From an uncultured Candidatus Pelagibacter sp. (GTDB taxonomy: Bacteria > Pseudomonadota > Alphaproteobacteria > Pelagibacterales > Pelagibacteraceae), in the NCBI GenBank assembly GCA_964529275.1, contig CAZGVS010000002.1, forward strand, positions 4,064 to 68,063: a stretch of 64,000 nt of DNA, written 5' to 3'. Numbering within the stretch: position 1 is the first letter of the stretch; each line of letters opens with the position of its first letter. The notes beneath the pieces are model-generated. The model ran no database searches. It was not told where the DNA came from and saw only the letters and a list, made by a program, of their open reading frames with translations. A program made the position numbers and the translations under genes. Of the stretch, positions 1 through 11,262 are shown in pieces.

Positions 1-130
1 ATCTTATAGAGGTTCAAGACACAGAAAAAAATTGCCAGTTAGAGGTCAAAGAACAAGATGTAATGCCAGAACTAGAAAAGGTAAAGCAATTGCCATAGCA
101 GGAAAAAAATTAACTCCACTTAAAAAATAA
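1..130 (+). CDS. rpsM: 30S ribosomal protein S13, 3' end (partial)
   Basis: Frame from nt 2 reads [27 protein letters not shown]...KK*, the conserved S13 C-terminus; directly upstream of rpsK. Confidence 0.96.
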   Translation, partial: SYRGSRHRKKLPVRGQRTRCNARTRKGKAIAIAGKKLTPLKK

Positions 131-134
131 TATT

Positions 135-578
135 ATGTCAAAAGAAAAAATAGATAACAAAGATTCTCAAAAAACAAAAGTAAAGAAAACTGCCAAAAGT
201 AGTTATTCAAAAAAGAAAAAAGAAAAAAGAAATATTCTAAATGGAATAGCTTATGTTCAGTCAACATTTAATAATACAATTGTGTCAATCGCAGACACAA
301 ATGGTAACGTTGTCTCTTGGGCGTCCGCGGGTCAAAAAGGTTTTAAAGGTTCTAGAAAATCCACACCTTATGCTGCACAAATAGCTGCGGACTCAGCCGC
401 TTCTAAAGCACTAGAATATGGTATGAAGATTTTATCAGTTGAAGTCAAAGGTCCAGGATCTGGAAGAGAAACAGCATTAAGAGCTCTTCAAGCAAGAGGA
501 TTTAAAATTATATCTATCAAAGATACGACACCAATGCCGCATAATGGTACAAGACCACCAAAGAAAAGGAGAGTATAA
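135..578 (+). CDS. rpsK: 30S ribosomal protein S11
   Basis: [35 protein letters not shown] motifs; alpha operon order. Confidence 0.99.
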   Translation: MSKEKIDNKDSQKTKVKKTAKSSYSKKKKEKRNILNGIAYVQSTFNNTIVSIADTNGNVVSWASAGQKGFKGSRKSTPYAAQIAADSAASKALEYGMKILSVEVKGPGSGRETALRALQARGFKIISIKDTTPMPHNGTRPPKKRRV

Positions 579-1607
579 ATGGAAACTACTGAAGTTAATG
601 TAAAAAATTGGAAATCGATGATTAAGCCAGCGAAACTTGATGTTAAAATTAGTGATGACAAATCACATGCAAAAATTATAGCTGAGCCCTTGGAAAAAGG
701 TTATGGATTAACATTAGGCAACTCACTAAGAAGAATTCTGCTTTCATCTATAAGAGGAACAGCTGTAACAGCAATTCAAATTGACGGAGTATTACATGAA
801 TTTTCTTCTATAAAAGGTGTTCGAGAAGATGTAACCGATATAGTTTTAAATGTTAAATCATTAGCATTAAAAAGCACTGGTGAATCAAGTAAAAAACTTA
901 TTTTAGATGCAAAAGGCCCTGGTGAAATTAAAGCTTCAGACATAACCCCGGTAAATGATATAGAGATTTTAAATCCAGATTTAGTAATTTGTAATTTAGA
1001 TGAAAATACAAGATTCCATATGGAAATGACTGTTGGATCAGGAAAGGGGTACGTCTCTGCTGATATGAACAAGCCTGATGAACCACCATTAGGATTGATA
1101 CCAGTTGACTCTTTATTTAGCCCGGTAAAAAAAGTTTCTTACTCTATAAGTACTGCAAGGGAAGGAAAAGCATTGGATTACGATAAATTAACTATGGAAG
1201 TAGAAACAAATGGATCAATTTCAGCAGAAGATGCAGTAGCCTATTCTGCTCGTATTTTTCAAGATCAATTAAAAATGTTTGTTAATTTCGATGAACCACA
1301 AGAAGTTATTGTTAAAGATCAACCTTCAGAACCAGAATTTAATAAAAATTTATTGAGAAAAGTAGATGAGCTTGAATTGTCAGTAAGATCAATGAATTGC
1401 CTGAAAAATGATAACATTATTTATATAGGTGATCTTGTACAAAAGTCAGAAGGTGAAATGCTTAGAACGCCAAATTTTGGAAGAAAATCACTTAACGAAA
1501 TCAAAGAAGTATTAACTGGAATGTCACTGTATCTTGGCATGGAAATACCAAACTGGCCACCAGATAATATTGCAGAATTGTCAAAAAAACTTGAGGAAGC
1601 TATTTAG
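579..1607 (+). CDS. rpoA: RNA polymerase alpha subunit
   Basis: [22 protein letters not shown] and [22 protein letters not shown]. Confidence 0.99.
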   Translation: METTEVNVKNWKSMIKPAKLDVKISDDKSHAKIIAEPLEKGYGLTLGNSLRRILLSSIRGTAVTAIQIDGVLHEFSSIKGVREDVTDIVLNVKSLALKSTGESSKKLILDAKGPGEIKASDITPVNDIEILNPDLVICNLDENTRFHMEMTVGSGKGYVSADMNKPDEPPLGLIPVDSLFSPVKKVSYSISTAREGKALDYDKLTMEVETNGSISAEDAVAYSARIFQDQLKMFVNFDEPQEVIVKDQPSEPEFNKNLLRKVDELELSVRSMNCLKNDNIIYIGDLVQKSEGEMLRTPNFGRKSLNEIKEVLTGMSLYLGMEIPNWPPDNIAELSKKLEEAI

Positions 1608-2056
1608 TGAGACACAAATTAGGTTATAAAAAATTAAATAGGACATCCGAACATAGAAAAGCATTAATTAAGAATATGCTTAATTCCTTAATAAAATATG
1701 AACAAATAACAACAACATTACCAAAAGCGAAGGTTTTAAGACCTCAAGCAGAAAAAATAATCACATTAGGAAAAAAAGTTAACTTACAAAATACAAAATC
1801 ATTAATATCCAAATTACAGAGCACTTCTTCTGCCGATAAAGTTAAAAAAGTTCTTTCTAAAAGATATGAAAAAAGAAATGGCGGATACACTAGAATAGTA
1901 AAAGCTGGATTTAGATATGGAGATAACGCACCAATGGCTGTTATTGAATTTGTTGATAGAGACATAGAAGCTAAAAAGGTCGATAAAAAAAAGAATGAAA
2001 AAATAACTCAGAAAAAAATCCCATCTGAACCAACCAAAGAAAAAGCAACTAAATAA
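1607..2056 (+). CDS. rplQ: 50S ribosomal protein L17
   Basis: [30 protein letters not shown]; GTG start shares one base with the rpoA stop. Confidence 0.99.
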   Translation: MRHKLGYKKLNRTSEHRKALIKNMLNSLIKYEQITTTLPKAKVLRPQAEKIITLGKKVNLQNTKSLISKLQSTSSADKVKKVLSKRYEKRNGGYTRIVKAGFRYGDNAPMAVIEFVDRDIEAKKVDKKKNEKITQKKIPSEPTKEKATK

Positions 2057-2071
2057 AATCTATTACATAAA

Positions 2072-2977
2072 ATGAAAAAAACTTTTGTTGTAAATGAAAG
2101 TTTTGATAATATGCGACTAGATAGGTGGATTAGAAATAACTTAGGCAAAATTCCTCAGGGATATATTGAAAAAAAAATAAGGAACGGAAATATTAAAGTT
2201 AATTACAATAAAGTTAAAAGCTCAACAAAAGTAAAAACTAATGATAAAATTGATATATTCAATATAAATCTCATAGTTCAAAAAAAAACTCAGGACAAAA
2301 AATTTAAACCCTCAAACGAAATTATTAAATCCAGTGAGGAACAAATTATTGACAATAATGAAGACTTTATTGTTATTAATAAACCTGCAGGAATATCAGT
2401 TCAAGGAGGAACTAAATCTAAAAAAAATTTGATTGATATTTTTACAAAAAGTAAAATATTCGAAAATGAAAAACCTTTTTCAGTTCATAGATTAGATAAA
2501 GATACCTCTGGTGTTTTTATAATTGCTAAAAATAGAAAAAGTGCTCAATTGTTAACATCATTATTTAGATTGAGGAAAATTCACAAATTTTATTTAGCAA
2601 TTTGTATTGGAGAGTTAAAAAACTTTTCTGGTGAATTTAATTATGATTTAGTTAGATATGATAATAAAAAAAAAATTATAGAGAAATCTAAAACTTATTA
2701 TAAGGTTTTAGACACAAATAGTAATTATTCACTTTTAGAAATGAAACCTATTACTGGTAGAAAACATCAGTTAAGAAAACAATTGTTTAATAGTGGCAAT
2801 TCTATACTTGGTGATACCAAATATAGACATTCTAATACTAAAAATAAATGCAAAAATTTAATGTTACACTCATATAAAATTCAATTTATGATAGATGAAA
2901 AAAAATTTACATACCAAGCAGAATTACCAAACTATTTTAAAAGTTTTTTGCTTAATAAAAAGTTAAATTTTAAATAA
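2072..2977 (+). CDS. RluA/RluC-family 23S rRNA pseudouridine synthase with S4 domain
   Basis: MRLDRW S4 start, NKPAG, HRLDKDTSG catalytic motif, TGRKHQLR. Confidence 0.93.
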   Translation: MKKTFVVNESFDNMRLDRWIRNNLGKIPQGYIEKKIRNGNIKVNYNKVKSSTKVKTNDKIDIFNINLIVQKKTQDKKFKPSNEIIKSSEEQIIDNNEDFIVINKPAGISVQGGTKSKKNLIDIFTKSKIFENEKPFSVHRLDKDTSGVFIIAKNRKSAQLLTSLFRLRKIHKFYLAICIGELKNFSGEFNYDLVRYDNKKKIIEKSKTYYKVLDTNSNYSLLEMKPITGRKHQLRKQLFNSGNSILGDTKYRHSNTKNKCKNLMLHSYKIQFMIDEKKFTYQAELPNYFKSFLLNKKLNFK

Positions 2978-3577
2978 TCTAGTAAAGTTTTTAATAATTT
3001 TTTTTTCTATATTTTTATAGCTTATATTTTTGTAAGATTTTAAATTTGTGACTTCCATATTTTTAATTCCACAAGGAACAATATTTTTATACATGTCTAA
3101 ATTATTGTTAATATTAATTGAAAACCCATGATATAAAACCCATTTTTTAACTTTTAAACCTATTGCTGCAACTTTTTTATTTTTATTATTTTGTTTAACC
3201 CATATCCCGATATTTTTCCTGTCACTAAATGATTTTATGTTGTATTCAAATAAAGTTTTAATAATTACACTCTCAAGTCTTTTTAAAAACCATCTTAAAT
3301 CTTTCTTTCTTCTTTTTAGATCGATTACGAAGTAGCAAACTAACTGACCAGGTCCGTGATAAGTTATCTTACCACCTCTATTTGTTATTTTTACTTTAAT
3401 AGATTTATTTAAAATTTCACTTTGTTTTGAACTAGTCCCTGCTGTATATATCTCACCATGTTGTAATATCCAAAGAAGCTCATCTGATTCTTTATTATTT
3501 AAATCTTCAATTCTCTTTTCTAAAAATCTAACAGCTTTTTCATAATTTACTGGTTTTATTGACTTTTTTATCTCCAT
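2963..3577 (-). CDS. lipB: Lipoyl(octanoyl) transferase
   Basis: RGGKITYHGPGQLV, KVAAIG, HGFSIN, IVPCG. Confidence 0.96.
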   Translation of the reverse strand: MEIKKSIKPVNYEKAVRFLEKRIEDLNNKESDELLWILQHGEIYTAGTSSKQSEILNKSIKVKITNRGGKITYHGPGQLVCYFVIDLKRRKKDLRWFLKRLESVIIKTLFEYNIKSFSDRKNIGIWVKQNNKNKKVAAIGLKVKKWVLYHGFSININNNLDMYKNIVPCGIKNMEVTNLKSYKNISYKNIEKKIIKNFTRLFKI

Positions 3578-3640
3578 TATGTTTTAGGATTGTATTATAT
3601 AAATTTTGTATTAATAGTGCCATCTGAATTGTAGGTTTTT

Positions 3641-5017
3641 ATGTCTCTAGTCAAAAAAGTTAAAGATAAAAAGGTTAATTTCGAATTTAATAAAGAGTTT
3701 ATAAAAGTTGTAACTGATAAAATCGATAATCAAGATGCATCTTTTATATCTAATTCATTTAAAGAAATGCATCCATCTGATGCCGCTGATATAATAGAAC
3801 ATTTAACAGAGACTTATAGAGAAAATCTAATACAATTAAATAATTTTAAATTAGATCCAGAGGTGTTTGTTGAGTTAAATGAGTCTATTCAAAGTGAGAT
3901 AATTAAATATTTATCAACCGAAGCTGTTGTCAATATACTCAAAAACCTAGACTCTGATGATGCGATAAAAATTATTGAAAATTTAGATGAAAAAAATAAA
4001 AATGATATTTTAAGTTCATTACCACCAAAAGATCGATTTGTTTTACTTGAGAGTTTAAGTTTTCCAGAAGACTCAGCTGCAAGAATTATGCAAAGAGAAT
4101 TTACAGCAATTCCTAGTAATTGGTCTGTTGGTCAAACTATTGATTATTTAAGAGAAAATAAAGATCTTCCAGAAGAGTTTTTAGAAATTTTTATCGTTGA
4201 TAATGAATTTAAACCAATTGGAACTGTTCCATCATCTAAAGTTCTTAGGACCTCAAGAGATAACAAGATGATATCAATAATGAGTGAGTCACAATTATCT
4301 ATACCAGTAGAAATGGACAGAGAAGAAGTTGGACAGTTATTTGAAAAATATAATTTAAACTCAGCATGTGTAGTTGATAAAAATAACAAATTAGTTGGGA
4401 TGATTACGAGTGATGATGTTTTAACTGTTTTAAAAGAAGAAGCTGAAGAAGATGTACTAAGATTAGCTGGTGTTGGAGATGAGGAAATAACAGATGGTAT
4501 TTTTAAAAAAACTAAAAGAAGATTTAATTGGTTATTATTAAACTTATTTACAGCAATTATAGCATCCGTTGTGATTGGTTTTTTTCAAGACGATATAGAA
4601 AAGGTCGTAGCTTTAGCAGTTTTGATGCCCATTGTTGCATCCATGGGTGGAAACGCTGGTATGCAAACTTTAGCAGTAACTATAAGAAGTATAGCAACAA
4701 ATGAATTGACCAAGAATAATTTTACACAAAATATCTTAAAAGAATTTACAATTGGAATTTTAAACGGAATTATTTTTGCAATAATAAGTGCAATAATTGT
4801 TCAACTTTGGTTTAATAATGTAACATTGTCTTTTATTATAGCTATTTCAATGATTTTAAATATGATTGTTGCTGGTCTTTTTGGTATCTTGGTGCCTATA
4901 TCGCTTAAAAAATTAAATATTGATCCAGCATTAGCATCGAGTGTTTTCGTCACAACAATTACTGATGTAATTGGCTTTTTATCATTTTTAGGTGTGGGCG
5001 CTTTACTCTTTTTATAA
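3641..5017 (+). CDS. mgtE: Magnesium transporter MgtE
   Basis: N-domain, CBS pair, TM region with MGGNAGMQ and DPALAS..VTTITDV. Confidence 0.96.
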   Translation: MSLVKKVKDKKVNFEFNKEFIKVVTDKIDNQDASFISNSFKEMHPSDAADIIEHLTETYRENLIQLNNFKLDPEVFVELNESIQSEIIKYLSTEAVVNILKNLDSDDAIKIIENLDEKNKNDILSSLPPKDRFVLLESLSFPEDSAARIMQREFTAIPSNWSVGQTIDYLRENKDLPEEFLEIFIVDNEFKPIGTVPSSKVLRTSRDNKMISIMSESQLSIPVEMDREEVGQLFEKYNLNSACVVDKNNKLVGMITSDDVLTVLKEEAEEDVLRLAGVGDEEITDGIFKKTKRRFNWLLLNLFTAIIASVVIGFFQDDIEKVVALAVLMPIVASMGGNAGMQTLAVTIRSIATNELTKNNFTQNILKEFTIGILNGIIFAIISAIIVQLWFNNVTLSFIIAISMILNMIVAGLFGILVPISLKKLNIDPALASSVFVTTITDVIGFLSFLGVGALLFL

Positions 5018-5021
5018 AAAA

Positions 5022-5831
5022 TTAAATATTATCGATTAACCTTATATCATTAATATAGTAAGCAATAAAAATTTTAAGATTTTGTTTATTATATTTTAGT
5101 GACAAATTTTTTTTGTTACGTATTTCTAAGTACTCAACTTTTAGTTTCTGTGATTTAATTTTATTTAAAAATAACTTAACCTTATATTTCTGGTTTGGGT
5201 TTTTTTTTAAAGACAAATATAATTTTTTTAAGCTCATTGATACAACTCTAGCAGTTCTAATTTCACCGGTTGATAAGAGAAAATTTCTTGAAGAGTATGG
5301 TAAATTATAATTGTCTCTAAGTGTTTTGCAATTAATAACCTTAATTAAAAATTTTTTTTTAATAAATTTTTTTATTAAAAATAATTGCTGATAATCTTTT
5401 TCACCAAGATACATATATTTGGCTTTAATATTAAATAAAAATCTGTTAATTACCCCCAATACACCTTCAAAATGACCAGGTCTAAATTTAGCACACATTA
5501 TTTTGTCTATTTTTGCTATTTTAATATACTTACTTGTTTTTGAGGGATATATATCTTTTTCTTTAGGTAGTAAAAGGTAATCAACTTTTAATTTTTTTAG
5601 TATTTTTATATCATTTGATAATTTCTTAGGATATTTAGTTAAATCCTTTAAGTTATTAAATTGTGAAGGATTTATGAAAATACTAACTAAAGTTTTTTTG
5701 CAATTAACTTTACTTTTTTTAATAAGAGAAATATGACCAGCATGTAATGCACCCATAGTGGGAACAAAACCTACGGACTCCTTAAAATTAACATATTTTA
5801 CTAGTTTATTAATACTTTTAAAAATTAACAT
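5022..5831 (-). CDS. panC: Pantoate-beta-alanine ligase
   Basis: FVPTMGALHAGH, RPGHFEGV, GEKDYQQ, SSRN, RLIDN. Confidence 0.96.
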   Translation of the reverse strand: MLIFKSINKLVKYVNFKESVGFVPTMGALHAGHISLIKKSKVNCKKTLVSIFINPSQFNNLKDLTKYPKKLSNDIKILKKLKVDYLLLPKEKDIYPSKTSKYIKIAKIDKIMCAKFRPGHFEGVLGVINRFLFNIKAKYMYLGEKDYQQLFLIKKFIKKKFLIKVINCKTLRDNYNLPYSSRNFLLSTGEIRTARVVSMSLKKLYLSLKKNPNQKYKVKLFLNKIKSQKLKVEYLEIRNKKNLSLKYNKQNLKIFIAYYINDIRLIDNI

Positions 5832-5862
5832 TTATGATAATTCATTAAATAACTAAACTTAA

Positions 5863-6678
5863 ATGATAAGACAAGCAATAATACCTTTGGCAGGACTTGG
5901 CACAAGGTTACTACCGTTAACTAGCGTATTTCCAAAAGAATTATTACCAATTAATGGAAAACCTGGAATTGAGTACATACTTGATGAATGTTTAGATTCA
6001 GGAATTAAAGAGATAATTTTTATAATTTCAAAAAAAAAAGAAATGATTAGAAAATATTTTTATAATGATAAATTGTTTAAAGACGTAATAAAAAAAAAAA
6101 ATGACAAACGTATTATCCACGAATATAAAAAAATACTTAGATATCGAAAATTTGTAAAATTTGTATATCAAAATGAACCAAAAGGAACAGGAGATGCAGT
6201 TCTAAAAACAAAAAACTACATTAAAGATAAATATTTTTTAATGTTACTACCAGATGATTTAATTACTAATATAAACTGTTCTAAGGAAATGATAAAAATC
6301 AGTAAAAATAAAAATAGTTCTGTTATAGCGAGTATGAAAGTAAAGAAAAAAGATGTTACTAGATGGGGTATATTATCAAAAAAAAAAAAAATTAATAAAA
6401 ATAACTTTTTTATAAATAATATTATAGAAAAACCTTCAGTTAATGAAGCACCTTCAAATTACGCCGTAATTGGAAGATATATATTATCAAAAGACATATT
6501 CAAAATTTTAAAGTATCAAAAAAAAGGTAAAGGTGGCGAAATTCACATTACAGATGCGATAAAAAATTTAATTAATAAAGACAAAAAATTTATTGCACAT
6601 GTCTTTAAGGGCAAATATTTAGACTGTGGTAGTATGTCTGGATTTATAAAATCAGGAATAGAAATCTTTAAATCATGA
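5863..6678 (+). CDS. galU: UTP-glucose-1-phosphate uridylyltransferase
   Basis: AGLGTRLLPLT..PKELLP, QNEPKGTGDAV, IEKP, GEIHITDAI. Confidence 0.9.
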   Translation: MIRQAIIPLAGLGTRLLPLTSVFPKELLPINGKPGIEYILDECLDSGIKEIIFIISKKKEMIRKYFYNDKLFKDVIKKKNDKRIIHEYKKILRYRKFVKFVYQNEPKGTGDAVLKTKNYIKDKYFLMLLPDDLITNINCSKEMIKISKNKNSSVIASMKVKKKDVTRWGILSKKKKINKNNFFINNIIEKPSVNEAPSNYAVIGRYILSKDIFKILKYQKKGKGGEIHITDAIKNLINKDKKFIAHVFKGKYLDCGSMSGFIKSGIEIFKS

Positions 6679-7973
6679 AAATATGCATGATAGGCACTGG
6701 ATATGTTGGTCTCGTTAGTGGTGTATGTTTTTCAGAATTAGGGAATACTGTTTATTGTGTCGATAAAGATAAATCAAAAATAGAGCTTTTAAATAATGGT
6801 AATGTTCCAATTTATGAACCAGGACTTGAAGAAATCCTAAAGAAAAATTTTATACAAAATAGACTAATTTTTACTACAGATTTAAAATTGGCCGTTCAAA
6901 AATCAGATATTATTTTTATATGCGTAGGCACACCTACTAAAAAAAATAGTAATTCTGCTGATTTAAAATATGTATTTCATGTAGCTAAGGAAATAAAAAA
7001 ATTTATAAATAAATATAAAATAGTTGTTACAAAATCTACAGTACCAGTTTCAACAGGTGATGAAATCGAAAATATTTTAAGTTCAAAAAAAATTAAAAAG
7101 CTTGTTGATGTTGTTTCAAATCCTGAATTTTTACGTGAAGGTGAAGCTATAAGAGATTTTTTATATCCTGATAGAGTTGTTATAGGAACAAATAGCTCGA
7201 AAGCTAATAAAATTTTAAAAAATCTTTATTTGCCAATTATAAAAAAATCCAGTAGATATTATAACACTTCAAGAAGAGGAGCAGAATTAATTAAGTATGC
7301 CTCAAATGCTTTTTTGGCAACTAAAATAAGTTTTATAAATGAAATTGCAAACCTTTGTGAAAAAACAGGTATTGATATAAAAGAAGTTGCTGTAGGTATG
7401 GGTTCCGATCAAAGAATTGGTGAAAGGTTTCTAAGAGCTGGACCAGCTTATGGTGGTTCATGTTTTCCTAAGGACACTAGGGCTATAATTGATACAGCTA
7501 ATAAATTTAAGTCACATCTATCTATTATTCAAAGTGTTGTAAAATCAAATGAACATAGAAAGTTACTTTTAACTAAAAGAACAGAAAAAATTTTAAATGG
7601 TAAAATCAAAGGAAAAAAAATTTGTTTTTTAGGTGTAACATTTAAACCCAATACAGATGATATGCGAGAGGCATCTAGTCTTTACATGATACCTTATCTG
7701 TCTAGAAAAGGAGCATTAATAAGATATTATGATCCATCTGGAGAAAAAGAAGAATTTAAAAAAATAAAAAATGTAAAATATCATAAAAATATAAAAAAAT
7801 CTTGTTACAAAACTGATTTAATAATTTTGCATACGGAATGGAATGAATTTAAACTTTTAAATTTTAAAAGCTTAACCCAAAAAAATAATTTTAAAATTTT
7901 TGATATGAGAAATGTTTATTCACCTAGAAATATGAAGAATAAAAAAATAAGTTATTTTAGTATTGGTAGGTAA
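6675..7973 (+). CDS. ugd: UDP-glucose 6-dehydrogenase
   Basis: GTGYVG, SNPEFLREG, YGGSCFPKD catalytic Cys. Confidence 0.95.
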   Translation: MKICMIGTGYVGLVSGVCFSELGNTVYCVDKDKSKIELLNNGNVPIYEPGLEEILKKNFIQNRLIFTTDLKLAVQKSDIIFICVGTPTKKNSNSADLKYVFHVAKEIKKFINKYKIVVTKSTVPVSTGDEIENILSSKKIKKLVDVVSNPEFLREGEAIRDFLYPDRVVIGTNSSKANKILKNLYLPIIKKSSRYYNTSRRGAELIKYASNAFLATKISFINEIANLCEKTGIDIKEVAVGMGSDQRIGERFLRAGPAYGGSCFPKDTRAIIDTANKFKSHLSIIQSVVKSNEHRKLLLTKRTEKILNGKIKGKKICFLGVTFKPNTDDMREASSLYMIPYLSRKGALIRYYDPSGEKEEFKKIKNVKYHKNIKKSCYKTDLIILHTEWNEFKLLNFKSLTQKNNFKIFDMRNVYSPRNMKNKKISYFSIGR

Positions 7974-8435
7974 TTATTTTATTTCAAATATAGCATCAAC
8001 TTCAACAGCGACTCCCAAAGGTAAGCTATTGACACTAACCGCAGCTCTTGTATGCATTCCACAATCCCCTAAAACTTTGACAATTGTGTCAGAAGCCCCA
8101 TTTATAACTTTTGGTTGATCTGTAAAAATATCAGTTGAGTTTACAAAACCAACAAGCTTTATGCAGTTTTTTATTTTATTAAGATCATTGTCTAATGCTT
8201 TTTTAGCTTGAGAAAGAATTGATAGAGCACATCTTTCAGCAGCTTTATATCCCTCTTCTGTGTTTAAATCTTTTCCAACCTTGCCTTTAATTAAATTGCC
8301 ATTTTCATCAATTGAAATCTGACCAGATATATATAAGAAATTATTTGTTAATTTTGTTGCAACGTATGAACCAACAGGATCCATAGCATTTGGTAAAACA
8401 AGATTATTCGTTTTTAAATTATTTTCGAAATCCAT
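7974..8435 (-). CDS. RidA/YjgF/UK114-family protein
   Basis: YISGQ, INGASD, HTRAAVSVNSLPLGVAVEV. Confidence 0.9.
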   Translation of the reverse strand: MDFENNLKTNNLVLPNAMDPVGSYVATKLTNNFLYISGQISIDENGNLIKGKVGKDLNTEEGYKAAERCALSILSQAKKALDNDLNKIKNCIKLVGFVNSTDIFTDQPKVINGASDTIVKVLGDCGMHTRAAVSVNSLPLGVAVEVDAIFEIK

Positions 8436-8437
8436 TT

Positions 8438-8647
8438 TTATTTAAGAAGATCTGAAAGTGTTTTACTTTTTTTAAACTTGTTAAATTTACTTTTTAAACC
8501 TGAGTCCTCTAAACCTTTTTTTGCTTTACTTGCTATACATTTAGCGTACATTTTAGATAGCTTATCAAACTGTGAACAATCATCTTCTAAACCATAGGCA
8601 CTTGACGTATAAAAGATAATTGTAATAATTAAGCACAAAGTTCTCAT
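8438..8647 (-). CDS. Small exported hypothetical protein
   Basis: Signal-peptide-like N-terminus, two Cys in the mature part; ATGA-coupled to the topA stop. Confidence 0.7.
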   Translation of the reverse strand: MRTLCLIITIIFYTSSAYGLEDDCSQFDKLSKMYAKCIASKAKKGLEDSGLKSKFNKFKKSKTLSDLLK

Positions 8648-11226
8648 TTTCTTTTTTTTTTATTTTTTTTATTTCTATCGTATTCTTTTCTTTTCTCAAT
8701 TAATATTAAAGCCTCATCCATAGTAATTTCTGAGGGATCTTTTTCTTCTGGTATAGTAGCATTTAGAGATTTATACTTTACATAAGGACCATATTGTCCT
8801 TTCATAATTCTTACAGGTTTTTTATCTTCCGGGTGTTCACCTAAGTCTTTGATGAGTGACGATGATATTCTTCCCGGTTTAGCCTCAGCTATTAGTGTTA
8901 TAGCTCTATTTAATCCAATAGTAAAAATATCTTCAACGTTTTCCAATCTAGCAGATTTATTCTCACATTTTAAGTAAGGACCAAATCTTCCAGAATTAAG
9001 AAAAATTTCTTTTTGATTTTCTGGGTTTATGCCAAGATTTTTCGGTAGAGAACATAAATATTTAGCTTTATCAAGATCTATTGTATCTATTCCTATACCT
9101 TTAGGAATTGAAACATTTTTTAAATTTTCATTATCTTTTTTTATTTTTTTCTTTTTATTTTTTTTTACAATTATTTCTTCTGGAAAAATTTCATATTGAA
9201 GATAAGGACCAAATCTTCCATTTTTCAGATATATATCTTTACCATTTTCATTTTGGCCTATTAATTTTGGTTCAGCTAAATTAATTTGTTGAGCGGCTTT
9301 GGCTTTTGATAATGGTCTAGTAAATTTACAATCTGGATAGTTAGAGCAACCGATAAACGCTCCACCTCTAAAACTATTTTTTAAACTCAACATACCTTGA
9401 ACAGATGATTGGCATGTTTTGTTATATAATTTGCAACTTCTATCAACCAGGCCATCAGAATTTGTTTCAAAAACAAGACTACCTAAACTTTCATTAAGCA
9501 AATCTAAAACTTCCCTTGTTCTTTTTTCTTTAACACTTGAAACATTTTTATTAAAATCTAACCAAAACTCCTCTAAAACCTTAATCCAATCTTCTTTCCC
9601 CGAAGTGATATCATCCAACTGTTCTTCTAATGATGCGGTAAAACTATAATCAACATATTTAGTGAATAGTTTTTCTAAAAAGGCAGATATTAATTTTCCT
9701 CTATCAGTTGGAAAGAATCTTTTATTTTCAATGTCAGCATAACCTCTATTAGATATAACAGAAATTATGCTTGCATAGGTCGATGGTCTACCAATTCCTA
9801 ATTCTTCAAGTTTTTTAACCAGACTAGCTTCCGAATATCTTGGAGGTGGCTGTGTGAAATGTTGCTCATCTAAATTTTCAGAAATAAAAACTTCACCCAT
9901 CTCTACGTTAGGGATAATATTTTCTTTATCATCTTCATCACTATTTTGCACCTTTAAAAATCCATCAAATTTAATAATCGAACCCGATGACCTAAATACG
10001 TCTTTTTGATCATCTGACTGAATTATAATTGTTTTACGATCAAATTTTGCTGACTCCATTTGTGAAGATAAAGCTCTTGCCCAAATTAAATTGTATAATT
10101 TTAATTGGTCTGTACTTAAGTATTTTTTTAAAAATGCTGGAGACCTATCAATATCTGTAGGTCTGATCGCTTCATGAGCTTCTTGTGCGTTTTTAGCTTT
10201 TTTCCCTGAATAATTTAATGGCACTTCAGGCAAATAATCTTTTCCAAATTCTTTATCTATATATTTTCTAAATTCCTCGATGGCATCTTTTGAAATATTG
10301 GTTCCATCAGTTCTCATATAGGTTATTAATCCAACAGTTTCTCCATCAATATCAATTCCTTGATAAAGTCTTTGAGCTATTTGCATGGTTCTTGATGCTC
10401 CAAAACCTAATTTACTTGATGCTGATTGTTGTAGTGTTGATGTTGTAAATGGACCAACAGGGTTTCTAGTAAATATTTTTGAAGTTAAATCAGTAATTTT
10501 GAATTTTTTATCTTGAAATTTATTTATAGCATTAATAATTTCACTTTTATTTTTAAATGAAAACTTCTCTATTTTCTTATTATCCAATTGAGAAGGCGTA
10601 GATTTAATTTTTGTTTTATCTTTTGTAAAAAAATCAACGTTTAAAGTCCAAAATTCCTTTGGTTTAAATATTTCAATTTCATGTTCTCTTTCAGTTAGTA
10701 GTTTTAAGGCAACAGATTGAACTCTACCCGCGGATTTTGATCCTGGTAATTTTGTCCATAGAATAGGTGATATATTAAAACCAACAAGATAATCTAGTGC
10801 TCTTCTAGCCATATATGCATCAACTAAATGTGTTTGAATATCTCTAGGATTTTCAATACCATTTGTAACAGCTTTTTTTGTTATTTCATTAAATACAACT
10901 CTTTCAACTTTTTTATCTTTGAGTATATTTTTTTCTTCAAGAAATTCTTTTACATGCCAGGCAATAGCTTCACCCTCTCTGTCAGGGTCAGTTGCTAATA
11001 TAATTTTTTTAGACTCTTTTGCAACATCGGTAATTTCTTTTAAATATTTTTTTGAAAAGCTATCAACTTCCCAAATCATTTTAAATTTATCGTTAGGGTC
11101 AACCGATCCATTTTTGGAAGGTAGATCTCTTATATGACCATAACTTGCAAGCACTGTATAGTCTGTTCCCAAGTATTTATTTATAGTTTTTGCTTTTGCT
11201 GGACTTTCTACAATCACTAGATTCAT
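8644..11226 (-). CDS. topA: DNA topoisomerase I
   Basis: IVESPAKAKTI, DPDREGE, SAGRVQ, ITYMRTD active Tyr, C-terminal Zn ribbon plus GRFGPY repeats. Confidence 0.99.
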   Translation of the reverse strand: MNLVIVESPAKAKTINKYLGTDYTVLASYGHIRDLPSKNGSVDPNDKFKMIWEVDSFSKKYLKEITDVAKESKKIILATDPDREGEAIAWHVKEFLEEKNILKDKKVERVVFNEITKKAVTNGIENPRDIQTHLVDAYMARRALDYLVGFNISPILWTKLPGSKSAGRVQSVALKLLTEREHEIEIFKPKEFWTLNVDFFTKDKTKIKSTPSQLDNKKIEKFSFKNKSEIINAINKFQDKKFKITDLTSKIFTRNPVGPFTTSTLQQSASSKLGFGASRTMQIAQRLYQGIDIDGETVGLITYMRTDGTNISKDAIEEFRKYIDKEFGKDYLPEVPLNYSGKKAKNAQEAHEAIRPTDIDRSPAFLKKYLSTDQLKLYNLIWARALSSQMESAKFDRKTIIIQSDDQKDVFRSSGSIIKFDGFLKVQNSDEDDKENIIPNVEMGEVFISENLDEQHFTQPPPRYSEASLVKKLEELGIGRPSTYASIISVISNRGYADIENKRFFPTDRGKLISAFLEKLFTKYVDYSFTASLEEQLDDITSGKEDWIKVLEEFWLDFNKNVSSVKEKRTREVLDLLNESLGSLVFETNSDGLVDRSCKLYNKTCQSSVQGMLSLKNSFRGGAFIGCSNYPDCKFTRPLSKAKAAQQINLAEPKLIGQNENGKDIYLKNGRFGPYLQYEIFPEEIIVKKNKKKKIKKDNENLKNVSIPKGIGIDTIDLDKAKYLCSLPKNLGINPENQKEIFLNSGRFGPYLKCENKSARLENVEDIFTIGLNRAITLIAEAKPGRISSSLIKDLGEHPEDKKPVRIMKGQYGPYVKYKSLNATIPEEKDPSEITMDEALILIEKRKEYDRNKKNKKKRK

Positions 11227-11233
11227 TAAACCA

Positions 11234-11261
11234 AAACTACATAAATGATCTAGATAGTCAA
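11234..11261 (-). promoter_or_regulatory. Putative sigma70 promoter of topA (leaderless transcript)
   Basis: Minus strand TTGACT-16bp-TAGTTT, then 7 nt to the ATG; no Shine-Dalgarno. Confidence 0.5.
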
Positions 11262-11262
11262 A

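Noticed and set aside
5113-5310. 65-aa ORF listed on the + strand
   Set aside because: Lies entirely opposite panC and has no recognisable motif
6378-6391. Long poly-A runs (here in galU, also thiL and others) as phase-variation tracts
   Set aside because: Reading frames are intact and the runs encode Lys stretches expected at this AT content
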